From a bacterium (GTDB taxonomy: Bacteria; JAHJDO01), in assembly GCA_043824255.1 (NCBI GenBank), contig JBDRTG010000043.1, positions 1 to 64,000 of the forward strand: a stretch of DNA of 64,000 nucleotides, written 5' to 3'. The notes beneath the pieces were generated by a model. The model worked only from the letters and a program-made list of their open reading frames with translations, ran no database searches and was not told the DNA's origin. Positions 1 to 9,734 of this stretch are shown piece by piece (the stretch's first letter is position 1; each line of letters begins with the position of its first letter). The position numbers were made by a program, and so were the translations under genes.

Positions 1-1125
1 ATTGAATGGGACTTTGATAGAGACGGGACAATCGATCGTACAGGAGCGGATGTAGACTGGACGTTCACACAGGTAGGTGTATATATTTGTCTTGTTAAAG
101 TCACGAATGATCAAACTTTTAGTGCTACGGAAACTGTTAAGCTTGAAGTACTGGATGGTTCTCCTAGTGCAGAAATAAGCGCTTACCCGGAGAGTGGCAA
201 CGCTCCTTTAACTGTTCAATTTGAGGGGACTGGAACAGATTATGACGGAACAATAGTCTCTTATGCATGGGATTTTACAAGTAATGGAGTGATTGATTCG
301 ACACAACAGAATCCGTCCTTTATCTATACGCAGATTGGAGATTATACCGCCAGTTTGACTGTAACTGATGATTCTGGTCTAACTGGAGGTGCTACTCTCG
401 ATATAAAAGTTGTAGCTGCAGGTGAAATTGCTTCGTGCACCATCATTGCATCTGCTAAAGAAGGTGATGTGCCATTAACTGTAAACTTCTCTGTGGATAT
501 AAGCGGAGGTACTGTGTCTTCTTATGCGTGGGATTTTGATAATAATGGCGTGATTGACTCGACAGAAGCGGCGCCATCCTATGAATATACTTCATCTCGT
601 CTTTATACTGCAAAATTGATTGTAACAGACACGACAAGTCATGAAGTCACAGATTATGAGTACATTGTGGTTAAAGCTGCAGGATTGCCAGTGGCTAACT
701 TTACGTTTTCTCCTGATGGAGGCGTTGCACCATTAGAAGTGAGTTTTCAACCTACAGCAAGTGATCCTGATGGTACTATTGTCAGCTACTTGTGGGATTT
801 TGGTGACTGTACCTATTCTAACCAAGAGGTACCGCCTCCACATGTATATACATTAAATAACAGTTATCTAGTCAGACTCACAGTAACTGATAATGATGGG
901 AATGAGGTAATAGTAAGGAAATATATCTCAGTTGGAACCGGATCAGGAAAACTTTATGGTGATGGAAATGAATATAAGGATATTGCCGTTAATCAGGATA
1001 TGTTAATAGGCGGTTATTACACCTACTCAGTAGATCCTGATAAATTTGGAGAAGAATGCGGAAGATCTGACACTTCTATATACTTCAGAGGACCGGATGG
1101 CAATATAATGGTGGAGAAGGTTTAG
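1..1125 (+). CDS. 5'-partial PKD-repeat region of a giant extracellular protein (upstream half of a frameshifted gene)
   Basis: Frame is open from base 1 (IEWDFDRDGTID...) through ORF 289..1125. Repeated PKD motifs (SYAWDFD, YLWDFGD, LTVTD). Collinear with 56358..57460. Confidence 0.85.
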   Translation: MEWDFDRDGTIDRTGADVDWTFTQVGVYICLVKVTNDQTFSATETVKLEVLDGSPSAEISAYPESGNAPLTVQFEGTGTDYDGTIVSYAWDFTSNGVIDSTQQNPSFIYTQIGDYTASLTVTDDSGLTGGATLDIKVVAAGEIASCTIIASAKEGDVPLTVNFSVDISGGTVSSYAWDFDNNGVIDSTEAAPSYEYTSSRLYTAKLIVTDTTSHEVTDYEYIVVKAAGLPVANFTFSPDGGVAPLEVSFQPTASDPDGTIVSYLWDFGDCTYSNQEVPPPHVYTLNNSYLVRLTVTDNDGNEVIVRKYISVGTGSGKLYGDGNEYKDIAVNQDMLIGGYYTYSVDPDKFGEECGRSDTSIYFRGPDGNIMVEKV

Positions 1126-3475
1126 CTAATGTACATGGTGACCTGACAGATGGAAATTTCGGGTATGCGATAGATGAAGGAGTCATGTGGTCTGGTAGTA
1201 CTGACCCGGAAATTATCTTTGATCTTCAGGGGAAATACGCGTTGAATAATATCGAGATATGGCAGGATCCAGCATATGATTTTGAAGCTGTTACATGCTA
1301 TTTAAGTCAGGATGGTAATAGCTGGAGCGAAATTGGGATTTTTAATTCTGATGGGCTGAAAAGAGTTCATATTGATCTTAGAAACCATTCAGCCAGAAAG
1401 ATAAAATTATGTTTTGCTAATACAGCAGGGTCTTCGTATGCCTATTTAGCTGAAATACAGATATGGGGGACACCCTTTGAGGAAAGCCTTATGGACTGGG
1501 TGGATGATTTTGAATACAGTGGTTCTCCTGAAGATTACGGCTGGCAGATTTTCGATGGCGGCGGGACACTTAGCACTGAATATGATGATTTTTTGAAGAG
1601 CAATGTAATGAGAGTTAATTCTTCTGATGGCTACTATTTTGGCATAAAAAGGATACCAACTGATGTTCCTGAGGTAAGTTACGCGGACCTTGAGAAGAGA
1701 TATCTATCATATACATTTAAATCAGGGGGAGATGTGTGGGTGTATGTCCTGGTTTCGGGGGATGATGATCAATGGTATTATTTAGTATATAGGCCTTCAG
1801 ATCCGGTCGGTTTTTCTCATATAAGCGGGATGAATGTGTATTACAATCTGTCAACAGCTTATGATAGTAATCAAAATTGGAATACCATAAGTAGAGACCT
1901 TGAGAAAGACCTTTTTGCTGCAACAGGACATCACCTTAAAAATGTAGATTTGGTGCTTATCCGCGGTGGGAATTATTGCCTGGATGACCTGACATTCAGT
2001 TCTTCAGCTCCACCGACCTTGGGCTGGAGTCTTGTAAAGGATGGTTTTCATACTGCTAATGGGTCCATGCTCAAAGTTATGGATTATGAATTGGGATGCG
2101 AAGCAATAAAAGTTCACTCTGATGACGGGAATTTATTTGCTATAAGAAATACGATAGAAAATGGGATAAATAAGAAATGGGCTCATTTTAATTATTTAAA
2201 GGCAACTTCTAACTGGGGAGTTGACTTCAGAGTCCTGGTAAAAGGCACTGACGATATATATTATTATCTTGCCTACATTTCAGGCACAGGAGGTATGTAT
2301 ATTGGAGACACAAATGGTAGAACTGCATATCATTGTTTAGGGGAGGATAATAGGAAATGGGTTGATGTATATAGAGATCTTGATAGAGACTTGTATGCTG
2401 CATTTGGTGTTTGTGTTCAAGAAGTAGTAAACGTTCTTACCCAGGGAGGCAGACATTATCTAAATCTGGTAGAATTCAGTGAAGAGCCGTTTAACGAAAT
2501 ACAAATACCTTTGAACTATGGATGGAGTATTCTCCAGGGCGAAGGCACAGTGGAGTCTGTACATGATACTGATTTGCAAAGTCAGGTAATGAGAGTCGAC
2601 TCTGCTGATGGTTGGAATTTCCAGATTTGGGGACCACAAATAAATGCAGGTTATCTTGAAAAAGATGCAAGGTATTTATCATTTATGATAAAAATGGGAG
2701 GGTATACATGGATAGATGCGGTAGTATATGGAGAAGACGATCTACAATATTACCTAACTTACCGTCCGAATGATGGCGAATGCACAGTAAGTGGTGATGG
2801 TACGCGCATCTATCATAATATTGGGAGCGACTTACAAAATAACAAATGGCACTATATTATGCGCGATCTGGATAGAGACCTGATGGAAGGAGTAGGGGTG
2901 GGTGTAAAAGCGGTTCGGTGTTTTGCTATGAGGGGAGGAGGCTATTCTCTGGATAACCTGACTCTTTATAAAGAGGAGCCTTCAAAGGTTTCTGTTTCTT
3001 TGGCAGCGGGCGACTGGTATAGTCAGCCAGATCCATATTCTGGCGACGGTGAGTTTACAAACTATTATAGTTCTGAGTTGGGTACTCAGGTCCTACAAAT
3101 AATTTCTGCCAGTGGAGAGAATTGGAACTGTTTATCAGTATATCCAACGTTAGGGTACTTAGATATTACGAAAAAATATGCTAAGTTAAATCTGAAAAGC
3201 AATTTAGGTGTTGGAGTGAAATTTTGCATTCAAGATTTGGATGGGCAATACTATTATATAAATTATATTACTGGCGATGGTGTTGATTCAATATCTGGAT
3301 CAGGAACGTCTGTTCAAATATTCCTTGGTGCTGAATTCAGCGATGGAAACTGGCATGGGATATCATTTAACCTGGAAAAGGACTTGTATGAAAAATTTGG
3401 ACGGCATTTGAAAAAAACTGTAAAAGTTCAAATTCACGGTGGGAATGTAGAGATAGCTAACTTCAGGTTTATGAA
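1..3475 (+). repeat. Long diverged direct repeat (paralogous segment) of 56358..59864
   Basis: Constant offset of 56357 from base 1 to ~1104, then 56355 at 1185. 502..596 is identical to 56859..56953. Confidence 0.95.
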
Positions 3476-4109
3476 TAAGGTGGAATTGATAACAAGTGTT
3501 AATTTAGTAGGTTACTGGCAGCTTGATGAGGGAAGTGGAACTATAGCGAAAGATTCTTCAGGGAGAGGTAATGATGGTATAATAGGAGGAGCCCAATGGG
3601 TAGATGGTAAGGTAGGTAAAGCTTTGAGTTTTGATGGAATCGATGATTATGTTGATTGTGGAGATGATGAGAGTTTAAAGCTTTCTAAAATTACAATTGA
3701 AGCATGGGTATATTCACCAACGTCGGATTTCGCTGGTATTCATGAAATTGCTGGAGCTGAAGGAGCTTATGGCTTGACGATATGGGATAATAAGTTACGT
3801 GCCCATCTTAATACAAGTGAGGGTTGGCATTGGTGTTCTCCTTCAAGTTCTCTTTCGTGGGATGGTTGGCATCATATAGCTCTCACATATGACGGTATCA
3901 ATACGGTTAGATACTATAAAGATGGAGACTTGATTTTGACGGATATTGCTACTTCATCAGGATCTCTTCAATGGGCAAGCTGGACAGAATATTTATATAT
4001 CGGACAAGTTAGTAACGGAACAAACTTATTCAACGGCATAATCGACGAAGTCAGGATTTACAATCGGTCATTAACAGCTCAAGAAATAGCGGAGAATTAT
4101 GGGATGTAA
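1185..4109 (+). CDS. Downstream half of the same giant gene: F5/8-type (discoidin-like) domain, four ~160-aa repeats, C-terminal LamG/concanavalin-like domain
   Basis: YLSQDGNSW...LAEIQIWG (F5/8-like); four GW...RDLxxDL...RGG repeats; GYWQLDEGSG...WHHIALTYDG...GIIDEVRIYNR (LamG_3). Homology to the paralog continues upstream in this frame to 1107. Confidence 0.8.
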   Translation: MWSGSTDPEIIFDLQGKYALNNIEIWQDPAYDFEAVTCYLSQDGNSWSEIGIFNSDGLKRVHIDLRNHSARKIKLCFANTAGSSYAYLAEIQIWGTPFEESLMDWVDDFEYSGSPEDYGWQIFDGGGTLSTEYDDFLKSNVMRVNSSDGYYFGIKRIPTDVPEVSYADLEKRYLSYTFKSGGDVWVYVLVSGDDDQWYYLVYRPSDPVGFSHISGMNVYYNLSTAYDSNQNWNTISRDLEKDLFAATGHHLKNVDLVLIRGGNYCLDDLTFSSSAPPTLGWSLVKDGFHTANGSMLKVMDYELGCEAIKVHSDDGNLFAIRNTIENGINKKWAHFNYLKATSNWGVDFRVLVKGTDDIYYYLAYISGTGGMYIGDTNGRTAYHCLGEDNRKWVDVYRDLDRDLYAAFGVCVQEVVNVLTQGGRHYLNLVEFSEEPFNEIQIPLNYGWSILQGEGTVESVHDTDLQSQVMRVDSADGWNFQIWGPQINAGYLEKDARYLSFMIKMGGYTWIDAVVYGEDDLQYYLTYRPNDGECTVSGDGTRIYHNIGSDLQNNKWHYIMRDLDRDLMEGVGVGVKAVRCFAMRGGGYSLDNLTLYKEEPSKVSVSLAAGDWYSQPDPYSGDGEFTNYYSSELGTQVLQIISASGENWNCLSVYPTLGYLDITKKYAKLNLKSNLGVGVKFCIQDLDGQYYYINYITGDGVDSISGSGTSVQIFLGAEFSDGNWHGISFNLEKDLYEKFGRHLKKTVKVQIHGGNVEIANFRFMNKVELITSVNLVGYWQLDEGSGTIAKDSSGRGNDGIIGGAQWVDGKVGKALSFDGIDDYVDCGDDESLKLSKITIEAWVYSPTSDFAGIHEIAGAEGAYGLTIWDNKLRAHLNTSEGWHWCSPSSSLSWDGWHHIALTYDGINTVRYYKDGDLILTDIATSSGSLQWASWTEYLYIGQVSNGTNLFNGIIDEVRIYNRSLTAQEIAENYGM

Positions 4110-4160
4110 TGAAGATCATATGAGTAAGTAGCAGTCAAATAAAAAAGGGAGGGTAGTATT

Positions 4161-5144
4161 ATGTTTACAAGAGTAATAAAAAGAAGCAGAAGTATTTTAT
4201 TGTCAATAGCATTGTTGGTGTGTATAAGTTGTATAGGATGGAATGTCGGTGCACAGGAAAAAGAGGAAATTAATTTAGTAACAAACGGTGATTTTGAACA
4301 GGGAATAGCAGGCTGGAAAACCTATAAGGAAAAAGACGGAACATTACTCAGCCAGTCTTCAGAAGAGGCCTATTCTGGCCTTCATTCTCTCAAGGTAGAG
4401 ACTCCCGGAGCAGGGACATTAGAAGGACCTAATATTAAAGTAAAAGTAACACCGAGAGAAAATTATCTCATCAGTGCCTATGCCAGAGGAGAAGGGAAAG
4501 TGATGCTCTGTGTTCTTGGGTCAGGTGGATTTACTTATGGATCCAAGACCAATCTTACAGCAGAATGGCAGGAGCTGAAGATAAAGAAGTTTGAGAAAGG
4601 CGGAAGTTTTTTCCTGCATGTCATTACCTGCTCGGGTAAAAACCAAAAAGTAACGTTTTATGTGGATAATGTTAAAGTAATTAAGGGGAAAATTCCGAAG
4701 ATGTCATCGGTTGAGGTAGAACCCCTCTGGTATGAAGCGGAAGATTATAAAGGAAATGCCGAGATAGTAAAGGACAATTCAGTTAGTGGCGGGGCTTATG
4801 CAGAAGGTGTTCTTTACTATAATATGGCAACTAAAATTCCCTTTCCTCAAACAGCTAAACCAGTTTATATCTATCTGAAAGTCTTTACCCATGATACTGA
4901 AACCTATGTTTCTGTTTTTCATGGAAAACAGAGGGCATTTAAGGGAAAATCTTCTGTTTCCAAGAAGTGGACGTGGGTAAAAACCGGGCCTTTCACTGCC
5001 AGTGAAATAGGTAAAGAGTTCTGGATTTGTGGTGATGGAACTCCTAAAATTAAAATCAGGCTAGATGCCATTGTAGTTACCACCAATGGCAGCCTGACAG
5101 AAAAAGAATTAGAGAATATAAAGGGATATGATTTATATTTATGA
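4161..5144 (+). CDS. Secreted carbohydrate-binding protein (CBM4/9-like domain plus a second CBM6/35-like domain)
   Basis: Signal peptide; NLVTNGDFEQG...W...FYVDNVKV; second domain starts WYEAEDY; SD GGAGG upstream. Confidence 0.7.
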   Translation: MFTRVIKRSRSILLSIALLVCISCIGWNVGAQEKEEINLVTNGDFEQGIAGWKTYKEKDGTLLSQSSEEAYSGLHSLKVETPGAGTLEGPNIKVKVTPRENYLISAYARGEGKVMLCVLGSGGFTYGSKTNLTAEWQELKIKKFEKGGSFFLHVITCSGKNQKVTFYVDNVKVIKGKIPKMSSVEVEPLWYEAEDYKGNAEIVKDNSVSGGAYAEGVLYYNMATKIPFPQTAKPVYIYLKVFTHDTETYVSVFHGKQRAFKGKSSVSKKWTWVKTGPFTASEIGKEFWICGDGTPKIKIRLDAIVVTTNGSLTEKELENIKGYDLYL

Positions 5145-5251
5145 ATAAGAGGGATAGCTAAAAGTTCAACCAAAAGATGAAGGTCTATGATTACTATGAA
5201 ATTCTCCTCAACGATGTTAAAGCATTGGTAGTTGCCGAATGACAAATTTTA

Positions 5252-5632
5252 TTGACAAAGAAAAAGCTAGGCTATACTTCAGTTAGAGAAGTAGTTGCCA
5301 AGGGAAACGAAGTACTGAACCTTGACATTGGCGACACTATCTTTCAATGTGGACATCATGAAGAGTATTTCATTCAACATGACAATTTCGTAAAATACTC
5401 AATTGAAAGAAATACAAAGATAGTATTTAACCTCATGGAGAAGAAACAATTATCAGTAAAGCTGCTATTGAGCCATATGGTAAAACCATATGAGATCGCC
5501 AGGGCATATGAGGGATTAAGAAACAATAAAGATGAATATATTGGTGTGATAATAGACTGGAATTGGAGACAATCAGAAGACAGTATAAAGGCCAAATATC
5601 AGGAAAGGCAACAGTATGGAAAACGTTTTTAA
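5252..5632 (+). pseudogene. Internally deleted zinc-binding (MDR family) dehydrogenase remnant
   Basis: N-terminal GYTSVxEVVAKG..V..LxIGD motif is joined directly to the C-terminal LLSHMVKP..I..AYEGL...GVIIDW motif; the Rossmann domain is absent. Confidence 0.65.
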
Positions 5633-6737
5633 GAGGCTTTCTAACTGGTGGGAAGGGGGAAATTTAGGTCGTCCAGCTATTCTTTTTTCCATCCCTAAAC
5701 CGAACAAGAAAATATTTCTTGTAGATCCTTTTTATGTCAATAACTCCCGTAATCCAGATATAACTATTATAGATTTAAATAAATACTGGACTTCTACAAA
5801 GTCAGAACCGGATTTTGACGGTTTAATAGAGGTAGTTAGAGAAGATATAAATACAAATTATTACTTTGGAGAAGCCGTACCTTTTATGTATCACCAATGG
5901 GGAAGAAGAGGAACTCCTATGACAATGGCAGCTTATTTGGGAGGTAAAGTTAAATTTTTGGATGATACTGTCTGGGTAAATCCCGTTATAGATGACTATA
6001 GGAAATTTGAATTGCATCTTGACGAGAATAATATTTGGCTGAAAAGGAGTCTTGAACTTTTTGAGAAAGCAGTAGAAAAAAGCAATGGTGAATATTTACC
6101 TGCACTTCCGGATTTTGGAGATGCTTTAACTGTTTTATCTCTCCTGAGAGGAACAGAGAGATTGCTTATGGACTTAATTGAGAATAAAGAAGCTGTTTTA
6201 GAATTCAGGAATAGATTCACAGAACTATTTCCCAGATTTCACAAAAAATTCTGGGATATATTTCGTCAGAAATTCCCTGGAGATATTTCATGGCGTGTGT
6301 GGACACCAGGAAAGACATACCTGTGTCAATGTGATTTCAGTACAATGATACCTCCTGAAATGTTTGAGGAGTTTGTCGTGCCTGAAATCGAGGTTTTGGG
6401 TAAATACTTGGACTATTGTGTATGGCATCTTGACGGACCAGATGAAATAAGACATCTGGATATCCTTTTGGATTTGCCTGAGATCAAGGCTATTCAGTGG
6501 CAACCCGGAGCAGGCGCTCCTCCGGCAGCTTCGCCTCAATGGCTGCCTATGTTAAAAAAGATTCAGAAAAAAGGGAAAAATTTAACTGTGTATGCAAATA
6601 ATGAAGAAGAACTCAGAATATTACTGAAAGAACTCTCCTCTAAAGGACTCCTTATTATTGTTAGGGGATTTACAGGTAAGACAGAAAAAGAAGCTTTAGA
6701 ATTAATGGATATGATTTCTAAGTTATCAAAACGATAA
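5616..6737 (+). CDS. Uroporphyrinogen decarboxylase/MtaA-CmuA superfamily protein (TIM-barrel methyltransferase-like)
   Basis: LRGTERLLMDL, QCDFSTMIPPEMFEEFVVP, WHLDGPDEIRHLD and IQWQPGAG motifs. Confidence 0.75.
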   Translation: MENVFKRLSNWWEGGNLGRPAILFSIPKPNKKIFLVDPFYVNNSRNPDITIIDLNKYWTSTKSEPDFDGLIEVVREDINTNYYFGEAVPFMYHQWGRRGTPMTMAAYLGGKVKFLDDTVWVNPVIDDYRKFELHLDENNIWLKRSLELFEKAVEKSNGEYLPALPDFGDALTVLSLLRGTERLLMDLIENKEAVLEFRNRFTELFPRFHKKFWDIFRQKFPGDISWRVWTPGKTYLCQCDFSTMIPPEMFEEFVVPEIEVLGKYLDYCVWHLDGPDEIRHLDILLDLPEIKAIQWQPGAGAPPAASPQWLPMLKKIQKKGKNLTVYANNEEELRILLKELSSKGLLIIVRGFTGKTEKEALELMDMISKLSKR

Positions 6738-6745
6738 AGGGGGCT

Positions 6746-9706
6746 TTGATGCAGAATAGAGAAATCTTAGATAATATTAATACATTCTGGGAGGAAAAAA
6801 TTATTAAAAGGCAGATTGTAACGGCAAAGGAATTTTCTCAGGCAGAAAAATGTGATGAATTTGCTGCAGATAGTCATTTTCATTCCTATACTCAAAAATT
6901 TGGCCTGCAGGAGAAGAGATATGGCGTTTTTTGTTTCAAAGAACCAATAAGGGTTGAGTTTAGTATAAAAAGGTTATTTAATTCGACAAAGAAACGTTCA
7001 CGATTTCTCCTGAAAGTTGTAGGGATGTTAAAAGAGTGGAAGAAATATACCTGTCCTATAGAAATAAAATTGAACGGTAAAAGAATATTTAGAGATTTTG
7101 TCTTTTTTGAAAATGTATGTAAGGGCTGGCCAGCAAACTATTTCAGACTTCCTATAGAAACCTTAAAAAAGGGCAAAAATGCTTTACAGATATCTAATTT
7201 GAGTAAAGGAACATTAAAGGAAAATTTTCTTATTGTAAGTAGCATAGAAGTAATTGAGAAAGAACCTTATGAGGACTTTAAAGTTATCTCATGTCCGGAA
7301 ATAGTAGAAAAAGATTCTATATTTGAAATTACACTTGTTACATTGAAAAAGCACCAGAATGTTAGAGTTAAATGTGATAATGGCATAGATTCCAGAGGTT
7401 TCTACCGTGTTTCCTCACACGATAAAGGTTGGCATGACAGGAGATCTGGTCCTTCATTGGCAAACAAGCTTGAAAAGCCAGGAAAATATAAATTTTTATT
7501 TTTAGCAAAGGACGAAGGAATAGATAAGAAGATGACCATTTGTTCAGAAAGTGATTCTGTAAAAGCACGGATAAAACTTATTTATCAAAAAAATACTAAA
7601 GAAATACCTTTGTGGATAGGAACAGATTCTGATGACCACAGGCATGATGAAAGTGGACAGATGGAACATATTTTAGATGCTTTCAAAGATACGGAAATGG
7701 GAAACTATATTATTTTTCGTCCTACATTTGGAAGAACTTATGCAAAACCAGCTTCATCTAAAAGATGGAAAAGATGGATAAACTTCTGCAAGGATAGAAA
7801 TATTATCTACCGTATTACAAGCTGGCCTATTCAAGGTAATCCTGTTCAAGCAAAATTTTTAAAAGATAATAAATGTTTTAAGGGAATTCATGCTCATGAA
7901 GGGTACTGTTTCTTTCAACGTTTTCAAAATCAAAAAAAATTTACAAATACTATAATTCCACATAAAATAAATAATGAAGAAGTAATTGAAATGCAAAAGT
8001 TCACGCGGGCCAAAACACCTAAAGAAATACGAAATATCTATGTTGCTCATTTAAAAAGTGGAGTAAAGGATTGCAATAGGCTTGGATTTACCACGTCCTG
8101 GGGTGAACCAAGCTTACTTGCAGGATATATCCCTTTAAAGAAAGGAGACGTTATACAGGCAGAACCAGTAACTAATGTCTCTCTTTTGTTTGGAGCGGTA
8201 CGGGCAACATGCCAGTTGAGAAAAAATTTATGGGGAGCACACATTGCTATAGACTGGTATCTGGGCTTTCCTCATGACGGGGCAGCTTCAAGGCGATTCA
8301 GTCTTTTGCTTAACCTTGTATACACTTATGGTGGGAATTATGCTTATACAGAGAATTCACTATTCAAGACCAATGCATATGAGCGCTTTGATGAAGAAGA
8401 TGAATTTCCCAGAAAGAACCGTAATATATTAAGAAATTTTTACCGTATTTCTCGTCTTCATCCGCGTCAAGGGAAACCTTACTCATCTCTTGCAGTGCTT
8501 TATGGAAATTTGGAATACATGTTATGGCTTCCTGGGGACAAAATGCCAGAAGTGAGCGGTTCTAAAAAATGGAAAGGATGGAATGCGACTTTCTGGGGAA
8601 AATGGAAGGAAAACAGACATATGTTTTCATGGAAAGCAATTGATGGCTGGCTGCCGCCTTTGCCAATAGAGGAATATAAAGATAATCCTTCTATCCGCAA
8701 ATTATTCTGTGGAACACCATATGGACAGGCTGATATTCCTCCATCAGACATATCTTTATATTCTCTTTGCAATTATAAATGTGTCGTTCTTCTTGGATGG
8801 AATACAATGACTGAGGAGCTTTATACACGGTTAAAGGAATATGTTGAAAGAGGGGGGATTCTCTATATAAGTGCATGTCATTTTGATACACGTATTAACC
8901 CAGAAGCACAGCCTAGGATTTTTAGAAAAGGGAAAATAAGAGAGTTTATTGGAGCAGATATAAAAAGAGCAGGAAAGAAAATTAAGTTTATCAGAACAGA
9001 AAGAAATCTAGTTTTAGAAAAAAAGATTTATCAAGCACAGGAAGAGACCAGGATTTGTGAACTTGTTAATTTAAAGGGGCGAGTTCTAGCTTCTGACCAA
9101 AATAAAAACCCTGTTCTTCTTGAGAACAAACTTGGGAAAGGGATTGTTTACTTTGGTGCTTTCTATGACTTTCCCGCAGAGGATGGACTTGTAGAATTTA
9201 ATCGGGATTTACTTTCTTTTTTAGGAGAAAAATTTAAGGAAGATTTTGGAATTGAAGGAACTAAGAACATAAATTATGTCATATGGAGAGAGAATAATTC
9301 TAAAGCAAAAAAAGAAGGCAGAATGTATCTTGTAAATGTAAATTGGAAGGTTGCACGAAATGAAGAAACCTTTTCTATGAGGCTTTGGGGTAAAAAGTAT
9401 CCTTGTATCGTCAGAGAAGGCCTTATTCGGGATGTTCTGTGGACAGACGATATTGCCCTAAGTTTGGAATGCAGTGGAGTTCGCATTTCCTCCTTGAGTA
9501 AATCACAGAACAGCAGTTACATTGTAGAGTTAAAAGGGTTGGGAAAAGCAGAAATTACAGGATTCCTTAAAACAGGGAGAATAAAAAAAATAATTAATTC
9601 TAAAGGGGGAAAATATAAGTTAGGAAAAGCTAAAGAAAACAATAGGACTTTCTTCTTTTCCGCCGATGTAGAAGGAAACTTGAAATTTGAAATAGATATT
9701 GTATAA
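6746..9706 (+). CDS. Large hypothetical protein, probable glycoside-hydrolase-like enzyme with a beta-galactosidase trimerization-type domain
   Basis: 986-aa ORF; LAVLYG...YKCVVLLG...LKEYVERGGILY...ENKLGKGIVY resembles the GATase-like domain of GH42-type proteins; no signal peptide. Confidence 0.55.
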   Translation: MMQNREILDNINTFWEEKIIKRQIVTAKEFSQAEKCDEFAADSHFHSYTQKFGLQEKRYGVFCFKEPIRVEFSIKRLFNSTKKRSRFLLKVVGMLKEWKKYTCPIEIKLNGKRIFRDFVFFENVCKGWPANYFRLPIETLKKGKNALQISNLSKGTLKENFLIVSSIEVIEKEPYEDFKVISCPEIVEKDSIFEITLVTLKKHQNVRVKCDNGIDSRGFYRVSSHDKGWHDRRSGPSLANKLEKPGKYKFLFLAKDEGIDKKMTICSESDSVKARIKLIYQKNTKEIPLWIGTDSDDHRHDESGQMEHILDAFKDTEMGNYIIFRPTFGRTYAKPASSKRWKRWINFCKDRNIIYRITSWPIQGNPVQAKFLKDNKCFKGIHAHEGYCFFQRFQNQKKFTNTIIPHKINNEEVIEMQKFTRAKTPKEIRNIYVAHLKSGVKDCNRLGFTTSWGEPSLLAGYIPLKKGDVIQAEPVTNVSLLFGAVRATCQLRKNLWGAHIAIDWYLGFPHDGAASRRFSLLLNLVYTYGGNYAYTENSLFKTNAYERFDEEDEFPRKNRNILRNFYRISRLHPRQGKPYSSLAVLYGNLEYMLWLPGDKMPEVSGSKKWKGWNATFWGKWKENRHMFSWKAIDGWLPPLPIEEYKDNPSIRKLFCGTPYGQADIPPSDISLYSLCNYKCVVLLGWNTMTEELYTRLKEYVERGGILYISACHFDTRINPEAQPRIFRKGKIREFIGADIKRAGKKIKFIRTERNLVLEKKIYQAQEETRICELVNLKGRVLASDQNKNPVLLENKLGKGIVYFGAFYDFPAEDGLVEFNRDLLSFLGEKFKEDFGIEGTKNINYVIWRENNSKAKKEGRMYLVNVNWKVARNEETFSMRLWGKKYPCIVREGLIRDVLWTDDIALSLECSGVRISSLSKSQNSSYIVELKGLGKAEITGFLKTGRIKKIINSKGGKYKLGKAKENNRTFFFSADVEGNLKFEIDIV

Positions 9707-9734
9707 GACATTAAAATCTATTCATGATCCCTTA

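Noticed and set aside
1123..1125. Stop-codon readthrough or alternative genetic code joining the two giant-gene ORFs
   Set aside because: The ORFs are in different frames, and housekeeping genes are full length with TAA, TAG and TGA all used as stops.
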